This document shows, in pieces, positions 38,434 to 50,895 of a DNA stretch of 64,000 nucleotides (position 1 is the stretch's first letter; every line of letters starts with the position of its first letter). The DNA lies in assembly GCF_038025025.1 (NCBI RefSeq), contig NW_027117342.1, positions 1,116,001 through 1,180,000 on the forward strand, in the 5' to 3' direction. The DNA comes from Phyllosticta citribraziliensis. Its lineage: Eukaryota. Under the pieces are notes generated by a model. That model saw only the letters and a list, made by a program, of their open reading frames with translations. It was not told the DNA's origin and made no database searches. The translations under genes and the position numbers were made by a program.

Positions 38434-40581
38434 GCTTCTTTCTTTTCCGTCGTGGTCTCCCTGTTGTCATATCGCTGGTTGTACAAGAGGCATCTTGGCT
38501 TCTCTTCTTTTTTTCTCTTTCTGTCTCTTTCTTCGTATTCTTCTTCTCTGTCTTCTTCTCTCTTCCCCCGACGCGGACTTGGAACTGTTCAACCCATCAC
38601 TACCACTACTACTAGTACTATTTAGTCCTCCTATTGCTACTACCACCAACTATTACCACCTACCTACCTATCTATCCTCCTCTTACCAGTTTATGGAACT
38701 TGAAGTGCTGCTTGCGTATTCTTCTTTTCATCATGGCTTTTCGCCTGCTTCCGCCGTTATCCTGACCGTCTGGCTGGCCGGCTGGCCGTTCAACGCTTGT
38801 GGGGTGCGGTTGGTAGGTATGTGAGCACGCCGTTGCCTTTTAAGCATGAAGGGCCACTTCCAACATGTCTCCTGCTTGCTCGTGGAGAGTAAATCATTTC
38901 ATCCCACGTTTGTGTGTTGGGCTCATCATTGGGCAGGAAATGAGAGCGAGCGAGCAGGAGAGAGAGGAGGAAGACAGACAAGAGCATGAAGCGCGGCAAC
39001 CGCCATAGGTCGAGCTTAGCTACTTGGTCTCGCAATCCATCTCAAGATTCGGGCTTGCTCCCGTCTTTTGCTTGGACTTTGCTCTTCATGATGGCGACTT
39101 CTTCTACTTATCGTTCCTTTCTTTCTTCCACGGCTTTGCCGCCTCTGTCTGTTCATTTAGAGAAGCATCGAATACGCGCGCGAGCGCCACTTCAGAACGT
39201 CTCATGGTCCGTCGTCGTGGACTGACAAGCTAGCCGAAAGACCATTCTACGCGTACATGCTGCTGGGAATTGAGCACACAAATTGGCAGCTGGCAAGCCG
39301 TCAATACCATTTCTACCTACACACTTACGGCGCGCCATCACCAATACAGAGCAACCGCTGCAACAAGACCACCCAAACCAAGCAGCGTGCATGCGAGCGA
39401 ATCGTCCCGACAGACAGAGCCGAAAAATGGACGGAAAAAGAAAGAAGAAGGGGGAAAAAAAAAAGCAGTCCAGGATATCACAGAGCAAAGCAATCGCGTG
39501 TGCGTGCTTGGCAGCAACAGCATCAATGTACATACCCATTACCTCATCTCCTCTACCCACGGACACGGACACGGAATTTACCGGCAATTTGGCAATCTGC
39601 AATCTGCAATCTGCAGAATGGGAGATGGGAGATGCCGCGGGAGACGTGAGATTGATGGGAGACCAGGGCGAGGAGAGAAAGAGAGGACCAATTATCTTCA
39701 GCATGCTGTGTTCGGCGCTTGGGGAAATTCGTCCTCTGCGTTGCGTGGTTGGTCGATTGGCTGTGCTTCCTTTTCTTCGGCGCGAGAGGGATGTGATGAG
39801 GTGGATGGATGGGTGGATGAACGGTATACTGTAGGCAGACAAAACAAGCATCCAATGCATGGTCGACTAGGTCTGCTCCATGTAGCGGCCCCGTCCCACG
39901 TGGGAGCATGCATAGAAACGGACGGGAACAACATCGACGCAACGCAGGGAGGGAGGGAGCCATTGCTTTTTCTCATCGTCGCCTTCTCTTCCCCCGAGGC
40001 AACCCCACGAGGAGACGTCAAGGTGAGCAAACACCGCAATGATCAGCGCACGAAAAAAGACAAGAGCATCTCGCATTAACAGCCACCCTATCGTGCCATA
40101 CCCTCTTGCTACACACCACGCTCACACATAAACATGATGCCACTGCCACTGCTGCTGCCATTGTCCATTGTTGTTTTGGCAAAAGGAGAAGAAGTTATAA
40201 GTATAGAGTGCTTTCTCTCAAAGGGGTTGGTTCGGCAAATCATCACGGCTCGCCGCCGCCTTCAATGCTGCCGTGCATTGTCATTGTCCGGGATTGATGA
40301 TATGGTCGTCGTCCATGTGGTCCAGGGGGGTTGCCATGCCAAATATTAAAAACAACAAAAACACGCAGCAAGAGGTCGTCGTCGGGTCCCAAAAAAACGG
40401 TCGGAGAAACGCTCTTCAAAAAAAGTCTCTTCTTCCACTGGTTCCAGATCTCTCTCTGAGCAAAAGGAAGAGTGTGAATATAGTCGTGACAGACATGGAT
40501 GCGCTGCTCCTGAACGCCCGCCCTGGCCCTCCCTTGTGGATCTTTTTTGTAAACCCCCGTGTTCTTTCGGTTGCGAGGCGT

Positions 40582-41846
40582 CTAGAGGAAGTAGTCCGGT
40601 GTCCTGCGAGAGACCATTGGCTCGCCGGCCCGAGGGCATGGGTCGAACTGAAGGCTTCAAAATTCGTTAGCTCAGTAATACTTTCGGTAGACCAACAAGA
40701 CTTACAAGGTGTACTTCAGGTGCTCGTCAATCTCCATTATCGCGGCCTGGTTACCACACCTGTAACAGTAGTTGGGCGCTATTTCGCACGAGTCAGCAAG
40801 AGCTCTTGGCCTAATGTAAAGTGGACCCGGCATACCAGAGAAGATGGTCACCACGTTGCGGTCTTGAGACCAGTTGTAACCCTCCATGACCAGCTGATGT
40901 GCACGCGCGACCAAGTTCAGGCCGTTGTTGTGGTTGAACGCCTCGGAAATGTCCTGGCCAAAGGTGTAACCGGCACCTCTGGGAGAAATGCCCCATCCGC
41001 ATCTGTCATCGGGATCCGACCAGAGCAGATCGCACATGGGACCTTCGTGGGGGACCTCCTGTATCCTGTCCAAAGCGCGAATGTTGTCGAGGGTGTCAAT
41101 GCTGGGGGAGAGACCGCCGTGAAGACAGAAGATCTGGCCGTCGATGAGGGCGGTAAGGGGGAGGTAGTCGAAGAGGTCGGTGAAGTACTTCCAGACATTG
41201 GCGTTGCCATACTTACGAAGGCATTCGTCGTAGAAGCCGTAGACTTGGGTAATCTGGCGCGATTCGTGGTTGCCGCGCAGGATGGTGATGCGTTGGGGGT
41301 AGCGGATCTTCAGAGCAACAAGAAGAGTCACAGTCTCGACGGAAAAGTAGCCACGGTCGACATAGTCACCTGCGCTCATTAGCCTGCAGTTATCAGCCAA
41401 GTCCAGAGGACTACTGACCCATGAAAAGGTAGTTGGTGTCAGGGTTCGGTCCACCGATTTTGAAGAGCTCCATCAAGTCATGAAACTGGCCATGAATGTC
41501 TCCACAAACAGTGACGGGACATTTCTACCTTGCAGTGAGCAACAGCTATGGCCAAAGGAAGCAAATTGAGCACATACCACGGGCTGAACGTTGGACTCGT
41601 CTTGGAGCACCTCCCGGGCCTACGTCGCAGCTCGTCAGCTCTTGGTCCCAAGCTCCGTCAACAACAGCGTGTCGATGTGCATACCTTTTCGCACAGCCTC
41701 TGCACATCTTCCTCCTTGAGCTGTTTGCAGGCCATCAAGTTCTCGATCCAGCCGTCCAGCGTCGGGATGGTCATGGGCTCAGACTTGATCGAGGACAACT
41801 GACTCGGCTCGGGCAGCTTGCCCACGTCCTCCATGTTGGTGTCCAT
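40582..41846 (-). CDS. pph21: Serine/threonine protein phosphatase 2A catalytic subunit
   Basis: [31 protein letters not shown]-terminal TPDYFL; five introns. Confidence 0.95.
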
Positions 41847-42756
41847 GATGAAGGATCTGGTCTGTGATTCTGGGGGATGCAAAGGTCTTTGAGTAGGAGC
41901 GGCGCGGGGCAGCGTGTATCCAGGCCCCGGATTGGGAAGAAATGACGTTCAGGTCGAGGACGGAGAGGCGAGAGGGGCACGTGGGGGCGCGCGGTGTAGG
42001 TCAAGGAGGCGGGATCAGGGCGTCGGGCGGGGGGGATTGTTGACGAGTCGGACAGGCGCAGAGTCGCGGGGGTATCTCGTTGCAGGTGGAGGAGAAGGGA
42101 CAAGAGGTGGGTGTGGGCTTGTTGACGACGTGTGGAGGTACCTGGTAGGCGCTGGTCGGCCTCTCGAAGGTCTTGGAGCGGAAATCAGGCCAAGTGCCAA
42201 GCCCCACCGCCCGGACTCCGGCGCCAGCCCGCATCAATGGTTCTTCCGGCCTCTCCTCCTTGCCTGGTTCCGTTGGGTCCGTCTATTCAAGACATGCCGT
42301 GCTCTCTGACACCTCGCCCTGTCGCAACCAGCGCCCATCTCCGATACCGTCCGTCATCGACTCCATGCACCTTCAAAGACCGTGGCCTGCTACCCACGAG
42401 CCAATCTCCATCCGGACCGCCCACTCCTCCGCCCACACCGGCATGCCTATGGCTTCGTCTGCAGCTACTGCGACTCAATCTCACCTCTCAATCCAACTCT
42501 ATTCCGGGCCCTGTCCGCGGCAACCCTGGCCTGTTCGGCTTTATGCCTCCAGATCGCCTCGACGACTTCTGTAGTCCCCGAGGCCGCAGGATAAGCGGCT
42601 ATCGCTTCTCTCGCCCATCCCGCATTGCCATGACGAATTAGCCCCACTGAATCCTGTCAAACAAACATATAAGACCAAGTGCTGACCTCGTAGGCTACCG
42701 TCTGCGCTCTAACCGATTTTCCTGAGACCTCCTTCCAAACCCTTCTGATAAACACA

Positions 42757-43494
42757 ATGCCTCCACCAGTCTACGAACCCAACCCTCTCTGGACTGCCGT
42801 CGACTCTTATACCACATCGCATCTACATACGCAACCCTCCTCACTCCATGAGTCCCTCTCCCGCGCGCTGTCAGCTTCAGCCGCCGCGTCGCTCCCCAGC
42901 ATCGCGGTTTCCCCGGTCCAAGGGAAATTCCTCATGCTACAAGCGCGACTTTTGCGCGCACGCCACATCCTCGAAGTCGGCACGCTCGGTGGCTACAGCA
43001 CCATCTGGCTGGCCCACGCGAATCCCACTGTTCGCATCACGACCGTCGAGCTCGACCCCCACCATGCCGCCGTGTCTCGGCAGAACGTAGATGCTGCGGG
43101 CGTAGGCAACCGGGTCGAGATTGTGATTGGGACCGGTCTTGACGTCCTGCCGCGCTTGAGCGACGAGGTGCAGCGCGGTGAACGAGACCTATGGGACATG
43201 ACCTTCATCGATGCGGACAAGCAGAACAGCTGGAACTACCTTGATCTTGCGGTGAAGATGAGCAGAGGAGGAGCTCTCATCGTGGTAGACAACGTCGTGA
43301 GGAGGGGCAGGCTGGCTGATGAGGAAGCTGCTCGGAGCGACAGTGAGCTTCAGGGAAATCGTATCATGGTTGAAAAGCTGCACGGTGACGAGAGGGTCGA
43401 CGCGACTGTGACGCAGATGGTGAGCGAGAAGAGTTACGACGGGATGCTGTTTGCAGTTGTCAGGGACGACATTCGGGACTTCTTGGCGCAGTAG
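42757..43494 (+). CDS. Cation-dependent O-methyltransferase (caffeoyl-CoA OMT/COMT family 3)
   Basis: ILEVGTLGGYSTIWLA, FIDADK, IVVDNVV, YDG; intronless. Confidence 0.9.
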   Translation: MPPPVYEPNPLWTAVDSYTTSHLHTQPSSLHESLSRALSASAAASLPSIAVSPVQGKFLMLQARLLRARHILEVGTLGGYSTIWLAHANPTVRITTVELDPHHAAVSRQNVDAAGVGNRVEIVIGTGLDVLPRLSDEVQRGERDLWDMTFIDADKQNSWNYLDLAVKMSRGGALIVVDNVVRRGRLADEEAARSDSELQGNRIMVEKLHGDERVDATVTQMVSEKSYDGMLFAVVRDDIRDFLAQ

Positions 43495-44222
43495 ATACAG
43501 CTACGAGCAGACAATAGCACCTCGAATCCAGAGAATTCAGTATCCCTCAACTCCCACTCCTAGTACCTGTCTTACTTGGACCCTCCAAACCCTGGGGAAG
43601 GTTGCTCTCCAGTGATTTCTCGTGTATTGGGCCCTCGGGCGCATTTATAGACACAAAATTTCTCGCATCCCTCCAATCTCACAGCTCCACCTGCCACATT
43701 GAAGGAAAAGCCAGCGCGACAAGTAGATTCAGAGCACCACACCGCAAGTCTTGCATGGACAGAGAGGATCACCAGTAGGTTTTTTGGTATTCATGACGAG
43801 AGGAAGGCGGTAACGGTCCATTCTCCACGAAAGGTCTTTTTTCGAACACATGACGCGTTCTACGTGATGAAGGGTATCTCGTTTCGAGAAGAGTGTGTGA
43901 TAAACATGATATGAGAGGAACAGGAAAAGACGCCCCCGAAGGTAAGGAAATTTTTAATGGCTGAAGCATGGCAGAAATGAGGATATTTTCGTGCTTTGGT
44001 GAGAAGGATCGGTCTATTCGTGGTTGGATTCGGCGCCTGATCCGCAAGGAGACTTCGAGCTTCGAGCGCTACCCCGTTAACAGCCTGCGGCTTCGAGCGT
44101 CATCAAGCTCACGCGCCTGGAAGGCACAATAGATTCAAGGTTTACTCCAAGCGGACGTGAAAATCTCGCATCTGCCTGTACTCATACCTCAACCGCCGAG
44201 GCGACAAATGATGCGAAACTCC

Positions 44223-46971
44223 TCAGTCACGCAACGGCCACGAGGGCTCCGTCGACCTCCTCTCATGCCACGAAGCCCTATTTCCATTCGTACTGGCAGC
44301 CGGCTGCGGCGCGGCAAGCTCAACACGCGTCGTCGGCACCGATGGCCGCCTCTCATGAGCAGCCGCAGCCGAAAGCTGCGCAAACGGCGCCAGGAACGGG
44401 TTTGTGGTGCTTTGCGGCCTCGAACGAGGACGTGGCTGTGTCCCGGGTAGGGAGGGCGACTCCGCGCCCGAAATCTGCATAAATGGCGCGAGGAACGGGT
44501 TGGTGGTGCTTTGCGGTCGTGGACGATGACGCGGCGGCGGTGGCTGCTGCTGCGTCGGTGATAGGGAGGGCGAGTCTTGCGGGCGCTTGACTGGGACCTG
44601 GCTCCAGTGCATTGAGGCAGGCCTGTTCGAGGTGTATGCCGGACTAGGCCCTGATGGCGTGTGGGGCGTTTGATCGTGGTAAGCAAAGTTTACTGTGGTG
44701 GGTGATGTCGAGGTGAGCGTCTGGGCATCGGAGGCAAACGTGCGGTAGGATGCCGGAGTCAAAGGACTCGGGCTCGAAGGGGCATTGCGGTGCGCGTAGC
44801 TTTTGTCGTTGGAGCCCCAGGAGCGTTCAGAGGCGAGCGACGATTTCCGAGGAGGGAAGCCCGGCGAGCTGGGCGGCTTTGATACTGTGTTTTCAATGTG
44901 ATGCAGAGTGTCTCTCCGTAGCTGCTCCGATTTCCTGCCTTCTTCGCAGAGTCCACTCTGGCAATCGTGACTGTGGCAGTTGGACAACTTTGTAGACAGC
45001 CGCGGCGAGTCGGGAGATGGCTCGCTGAAGCTGACGACGCGCGAACTGCGTCTTTCGGAATTCCTCCTGGCGTTTGGCGGTACGTCAATCACCACTGGGC
45101 TGACCTTGCTTAGGCGGACTGCAGTCACAGGCCGGCCTTCACTCGGCTTCAGTAGCTCCCCCGTCTTTGCTTCTTGTGCCTGGACATCTCCTGCTGGTTT
45201 TGGTGGTTCCTCGGTTTTACCCGTTGGCTCTCTGCGTAGGAAAGCAATCGTCTTTGAGCACTGCTGCTGCATTGCCTCAGTGGGTTGTGGCGGCTCAATC
45301 TTGTTTTCAGGCTCGCCTCGGAGAAACGCTATCGTTTTGGAGCACTGCTGTTGCATTGCTTCAGTTGGCTTGGGTGGCTCTATCGGAGGTGGCTCTCCCC
45401 TGAGAAAAGCTATCGTTTTGGAGCATTGGGTCTGCATTGCTTCGGTAGGTTTTGGAGGCTCAACTGGAGGCTCCTCTCCTCGGAGAAAGGCGATTGTCTT
45501 TGAGCATTGCGTTTGCATTGCTTCAGTCGGCTTCGGAGGCTCTGCCCCAGGCGGATCCTTCAAAAATGCGATGGTTTTGGAACACTGTGACTGCATCGCC
45601 TCATTCGGCTTCGGAAAATCCAGTTCTGGTAGTCCTTTGAGGTCTGCTATCGTCCTTGAGCACTGCGACTGCATCGCCTCGGTTGGCTTGGGAGGCTCCA
45701 TCACTATACACTCGACATCGCTGTCGAGTTCCTTTCTAGAATGATGACGTGCGAAACATTCCCGAATCATCCTTCTGTATTGATCACGAGAAGTCTTTGT
45801 TGTTCCGAAGATGAAGGCAAGCAGGATGCTGGGCATCAGTGCCGGAATGCCGACTCCAATTTGAATGCGCGCGGTGTGAGCGGTGAAGTCTGGTCCCTTG
45901 GGCTTACCACCGCTGTGTAGCCTCGTATAGTAGCCGACCATTTGCATCGCAATGACGGAGGCCTCGAATATTCTTTGTCTTTGTTAGAAAGCCAGAGAGG
46001 AATGTACCGTCGACAACGTACATCAAGATCACTATGATCAGAGCGAAGCGAATCGCTAGTGATAACCCCGCGTGTGTCGAGCTTTTGCGCTTTTTCGATG
46101 CCACGCTTGACCTCGGAGTCTGTGTGGGTGTCGCTGCCGCAGAGCTGTTGAGTCCCCGCGTGATGGTAAGATATTTGTACAGCACAGCCAGCACCATGGC
46201 AGAACCAACTGCTAGACTAATGACGCCTGAGAGAGTATGTCAGTGGTATGATTGAGAACAAAGTTTCAGGGAGAACGTACGTATGATGTTTGTCAAGACC
46301 AAGTAGGCTGGAAGATTGTTTTCCACAGCGTCACTGCAGTAGATACCGACTACTATAGCTGGTAGGACTGGCGCACAGATCCGGCTTGCAATGAAAAACG
46401 TCTCCTTGGTCTCCGCTCTAAGTCGAATGTCGTACGAGTCGATGAGCAACGCAGCAGTCCTGTATGTCCCCGTCAGCTCGGTAGCGTCCAAGGAACGAGT
46501 CATACTGACCACGATGCAACGATCAGAGACTCTACATCGTAGAAGTAGAGTACTAAGCTTGTGTCAGCCTTGTGTCCATGATTGTACAATGCGTCACGTA
46601 CGGAGATAATCGATGGCCATGCGCCATCCGCAACCTGTCGTCCCGACCAACTCGAGTGCTAGCTTGGTGGGATCCTGGGATTCTCGGAATCGTTCTATCA
46701 TGATGTATTTCCAGTTCAACGTATAGTCGAGATGGCGTACGAAGTTGACGATGGAGCTCAGAACGCAAGTAGCGCTCAGGAGCATGATATCTACGAACCA
46801 CGTCAGTTGCAAGAAAGAGCAAGCGTAGAAACAGGTCCACTCACGGCTGAATCTTTCCCCACGTATCCATAGCATCAGAGTGAAGAGGAGACCGATTATG
46901 ATAGCAAGACCGCCCAAGGTGTCGACGAAGATGGCGAGACCCAGGACTGAGTCTGGGACGGTTCCCGCCAT
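44223..46971 (-). CDS. Predicted 7-transmembrane GPCR-like protein with a long repeat-containing C-terminal tail
   Basis: Six exons joined by canonical introns give seven hydrophobic segments, ending IQIGVGIPALMPSILLAFIFG, then a Pro/Ser-rich tail. Confidence 0.75.
45195..45701 (-). repeat. Six coding tandem repeats of 26-28 aa (EPPKPTEAMQxQCSKTIAFLxG)
   Basis: Visible in both DNA and the translation of ORF 44223-45947. Confidence 0.95.
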
Positions 46972-48948
46972 GATGAAGTCGCAGGAGGGTCGGTCAACGA
47001 TGGGATGATTGGGGTGGTTACTGCGACTTCTTCATGACCTTGATGCAACAGACGAAGTCACAAAAAGTGGCGTACAAACGGGCGTGGATGCTCTGTGGGT
47101 ATATAGCGCATGTCCGAGGAGCAGTCAGTGCAAATCTCTGGCTGCATCAACAGCAAGGCTGGATCACGACCATCAGTGGACGCCAGCAGGTGAACACTTC
47201 AATGGGGGCCACTGCCCCACTGTCAAAAGAGTGAGATAACTGTGGGTCTTCTGTAGTTCACCTTTCCTTTGAATACAAGGATCCTTTGTATATGCACCTG
47301 GGCCGCGCGACAGTAAGGAAGATCTTGTCTTTGGACCAGCTATACGATCATGGTGGAGGGACTTCTCTGATCGAGCACACAACTCTGTTGGCTGCTCTTT
47401 CCATTTGGCAATGGAGATGGCGAATGAGCCCGCTGCTAACGGCAACATTGAGCATTTCGATTTTGTACACTTCCATGTCTTGGGCAGGAGTCTGGGGTGT
47501 GGCGGCAGATCGACACAAAATGCCAGCTTAGGCAGAGAAGTTCCTTTCTGCTTTGGGAGAGAGCCGCGTGGACTCCCACGTGAGTGAACCGGTCAGGCAG
47601 ATGATCGAATTTTTACGGTGTTGCACGGCTGCTTTTGGCTGCAAAGGAGGAAGTTTTCCTGGCAACGACGAAGTCGGCCGATGGTGTGCACGTCATTGGC
47701 GACATCGCAAATACGGTGCTGACTTGAGAGTTGGATCAGCATCTCGCACTGCAGCATTCAAGTAATTCGACCGATCAAACTCCCTTCTGCCTCGCGCAAG
47801 TCCGTTTCTCTTCCACCTAAGTTGGTTTTCCAATAATTGACACACTGAAAGAGCGTTTAGGTCGCATTCCAGCTGCGATAGGCGACGCAGAGATTCAGGG
47901 CAAGGCCGCCGAGCAAAGGGCTTTTGCTGCATCACCGACGATGAGGTGGGAGCGAGGGGCCGTCTGGAGATCCAAGCACTCGAGAGGCACAGACATGCCA
48001 AAAGACAAATCACAACCACGGGCAGTTTACGTAGCCATCACAGATCTGCTCCGCTAGGATCCTTCCCACGACCTTGTGACTTGTGTTTTTGTCCTGTTTG
48101 GGGGGGCAGGTTCGCGGGTATCGGAGTAGGGCGATGCGTTGGTGTGCTGTGCAGGAGTTGACTTGGAAGTGTCCATGACCGAAAGAAAGATTGGTAGCAT
48201 CTGCAGGTTGAATTGGGTTCCTGTCTCTCCCTGCGTCACAAGCACCTTGATGTCCTTCGTGTTGCAGTTGTGGCCGCGGCTCGTTTCCTTCATCATGGAA
48301 GCTTCTGTGCCGTGACACCGTCGTTGGCAAGCGTTGAGATTGATGCTCGATGATACTCCTAGCTCGGGGCGACGACACCCAGTACGGATACAATGGGGCG
48401 AGTTGGCGGACACAAGGCAGCCAGCGCGTGGTCGCTGAAGATCAAAAGGAACTGAGCGGCCGTTGAGATTCCTTGCCATGCAGGCACTCAGGACGGGAGC
48501 TGATAGCCGAAGGTGAGGCGCATCTGCAAGCCGGAGTGGATTCGGCCCGTGTTTTGTCCGTGGGATCCCAGTTTGGCTTAGCGCAGGGCGAGGTTCCTTG
48601 ACCCCGAGAGCGAGCTGCTCTCCAGCTTCGGCCCATGCTAACTCCGGGATAGACATCCGCTGCTCTAAATCGGCCTGGTTGGACTCAGCCGCAGTCTTGC
48701 AGCGCCTGGCTTTGCGTCGATCTCATTACTCACCTTCTGAAAGCGGCTGATGGCGGGCCGCGCGAGAGCGTTTGATGGTGCTTCCGTCCGCTACTGCGGC
48801 GTGGCATCGAAATCTGGAGAATTGGCTATCGTCTTTTCGTCATCCTTCAACGGCGCTTGGGCGCATCAGTTGCAATCATCTTTATCTCTATCCATCGCCA
48901 GCTCCAACCCCTCAATTCCTGTCTGCATCAAGCCTTTGTGCCAAAACC

Positions 48949-50408
48949 ATGTCTGAAGAGCAACATCAGCCCAGCACGGTTGCAGCTGCCACCCCCGCCG
49001 ACCACATCGTGGGGGAAGAACTTTTGGTAGACGTGAGAGACGCGCCCCGCATTTCCTTTTGAGCCACGTGCAGTTGCCTTGCTCGCACAAGCACACTGCC
49101 ATGGCGCTGACCTGCGCAATGTCCTGCAGTCCTCTACTGACAGCGATTCCACGTTTGGGGACGCTGTCGACTCGTAAGCACTTTGTTGATACTGTCTAAT
49201 CTGATCCCCCAAAACTCTAAAAACTCTAACAGAACGACCACATCTTTGGCATCTAGTGTAACCAACTACCGATACGAGCATGGTCGTCGATATCATGGAA
49301 TCGAGGATGGACGTGAGTACTCTGCACCGAATCACCTGCACAAAGTTTGACCATGGCCCAGGGTATTCTCTGCCAAACGATGAGGTTTGTCGGTCCCTTC
49401 CGTTTTCAAACAGTTGTTGACTTGTTTCCAAGGCAGAAGTAGATCGCTTGAGTAAGCTTGAGACCCGTACTTGTCTCTTCAGTCTTGCTGATTATCCCTA
49501 GATCTTCAGCACAGAGTGTGGGAAATTGCACTCAACGGCCACCTCTACGTTGCCCCTATAGACCATGATTCCTTGAATGAGGTCCTCGATGTTGGCTGTG
49601 GGACTGGCGGTAAGCTCTTTTCTCGTTTCTCTCGTTTTCATCGTCCGAACGCTCCCTGTGAGCTGACAGTGAGACGAAGTTTGGTGCATCGAATTCGCCG
49701 ATGCTCATCCAGGGGTTCAGGTCCTGGGGACTGACCTCTCGCCCATTCAACCTCACAATGTCCCGGCAAACTGCCAGTTCATCGTTGACGACGCCAACGA
49801 TGACTGGGTCTATGGAGAGCGCTTTGATTTCATCCACACACGAACTCTACTCTTGGGAGTGAAGGACTGGAAAAAAGTCATGAAACAAGCATTTGATTCA
49901 CTCAAGCCGGGAGGGTGGATCGAACTGCACGAATTCCACATTCCAATCGCTTGCGACGACGGCAGCGCCGGCCCAGACTCCGCTGCGATGAAGTGGGGTA
50001 ACTCCATGTACGAAGGTTTCCAGAAATTTGGTGTTGACAGTATGGCGACGGCGAAATTCAGAGAATACCTCGCGGAAGCTGGCTTTGGAGATATTCGAGA
50101 GACTCATACCAAGTTCCCACTCGGCCCTTGGCCACGAGGCGACAAGGAAAAGGCCATGGGTGCACTCTTCCAGAAAGACATTGGCGACAATTTGCACGGT
50201 CTGAGCGTGAAGACGCTTACCCAAGGACTTGGATGGTCAACAGAGGAGGTGGAAAGCTTTCTACCGCAGGCCAAAGCTGACATGTACAATCCCCAGGTGA
50301 GTCCTGGCCTGGAATTTTCCTCCTGCTTTCAATGCCTGACAATAAATAACTGTGCAGATTCACACATATTTCCCCATTGACATTTTCTGGGCTCGGAAAC
50401 CTCGGTAA
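48949..50408 (+). CDS. LaeA-like class I SAM-dependent methyltransferase
   Basis: YRYEHGRRYH, LPNDE, DLQH, VLDVGCGTG, GTDLSPIQP, LKPGGWIEL; 8 exons (introns 49033-49129, 49174-49232, 49313-49361, 49385-49432, 49452-49501, 49610-49679, 50297-50357). Confidence 0.9.
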
Positions 50409-50895
50409 ATGTCGTGCGTTCATACCGGCTTGTCTAAATAGGAGATCTTCACGCTGCAGTCTGCTGGATATGTGTCCAATTAGCAGAGAACTCTGATTAC
50501 GCAGCGTAGTGGGTGTCGAGAGGAATGAGACCTCCTGGCAACGCGAGTGCGCTTAGGAAGCATTGATTTGCTACCGTGGTTACGCTTTCGGAGCATTCAT
50601 TCACTGTTACAGTAGCGCTTAGGGAGCGGTCATTCATCGCCGCAATCAGACTCAGGGTGTCCCATTTCTTTTGACTGTGGCTACTCATATTGAGAGACTG
50701 GATGCCTTTGGTTTCAAGTGACTCGCTCGGTCGGCCACCTCTTTCATCGAATGGTTGCACTTGTCATTGCAGCACTTTCAACTTGACTTGCTCAATGAAT
50801 TCACATCCAACTATTTACACGGAATGCGGAACAACTTTTTAGACAAAGCAAGACAGCGCCTTCATCCCACCACGCCTAGAATGCAAGCGGGACAT

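Noticed and set aside
37455..40079. Several 100-270-aa ORFs between ras and PP2A
   Set aside because: Low-complexity products of microsatellites and homopolymers
40273..41382. 369-aa plus-strand ORF
   Set aside because: Antisense shadow of the PP2A catalytic gene
42757..43494. Recent horizontal transfer of the intronless O-methyltransferase
   Set aside because: Composition matches neighbours and the family is common in fungi; needs a phylogeny
44980..45744. Plus-strand Cys-rich repeat ORF (EHCCCIAS)
   Set aside because: Antisense of the 7TM tail repeats; the minus frame joins a properly spliced gene
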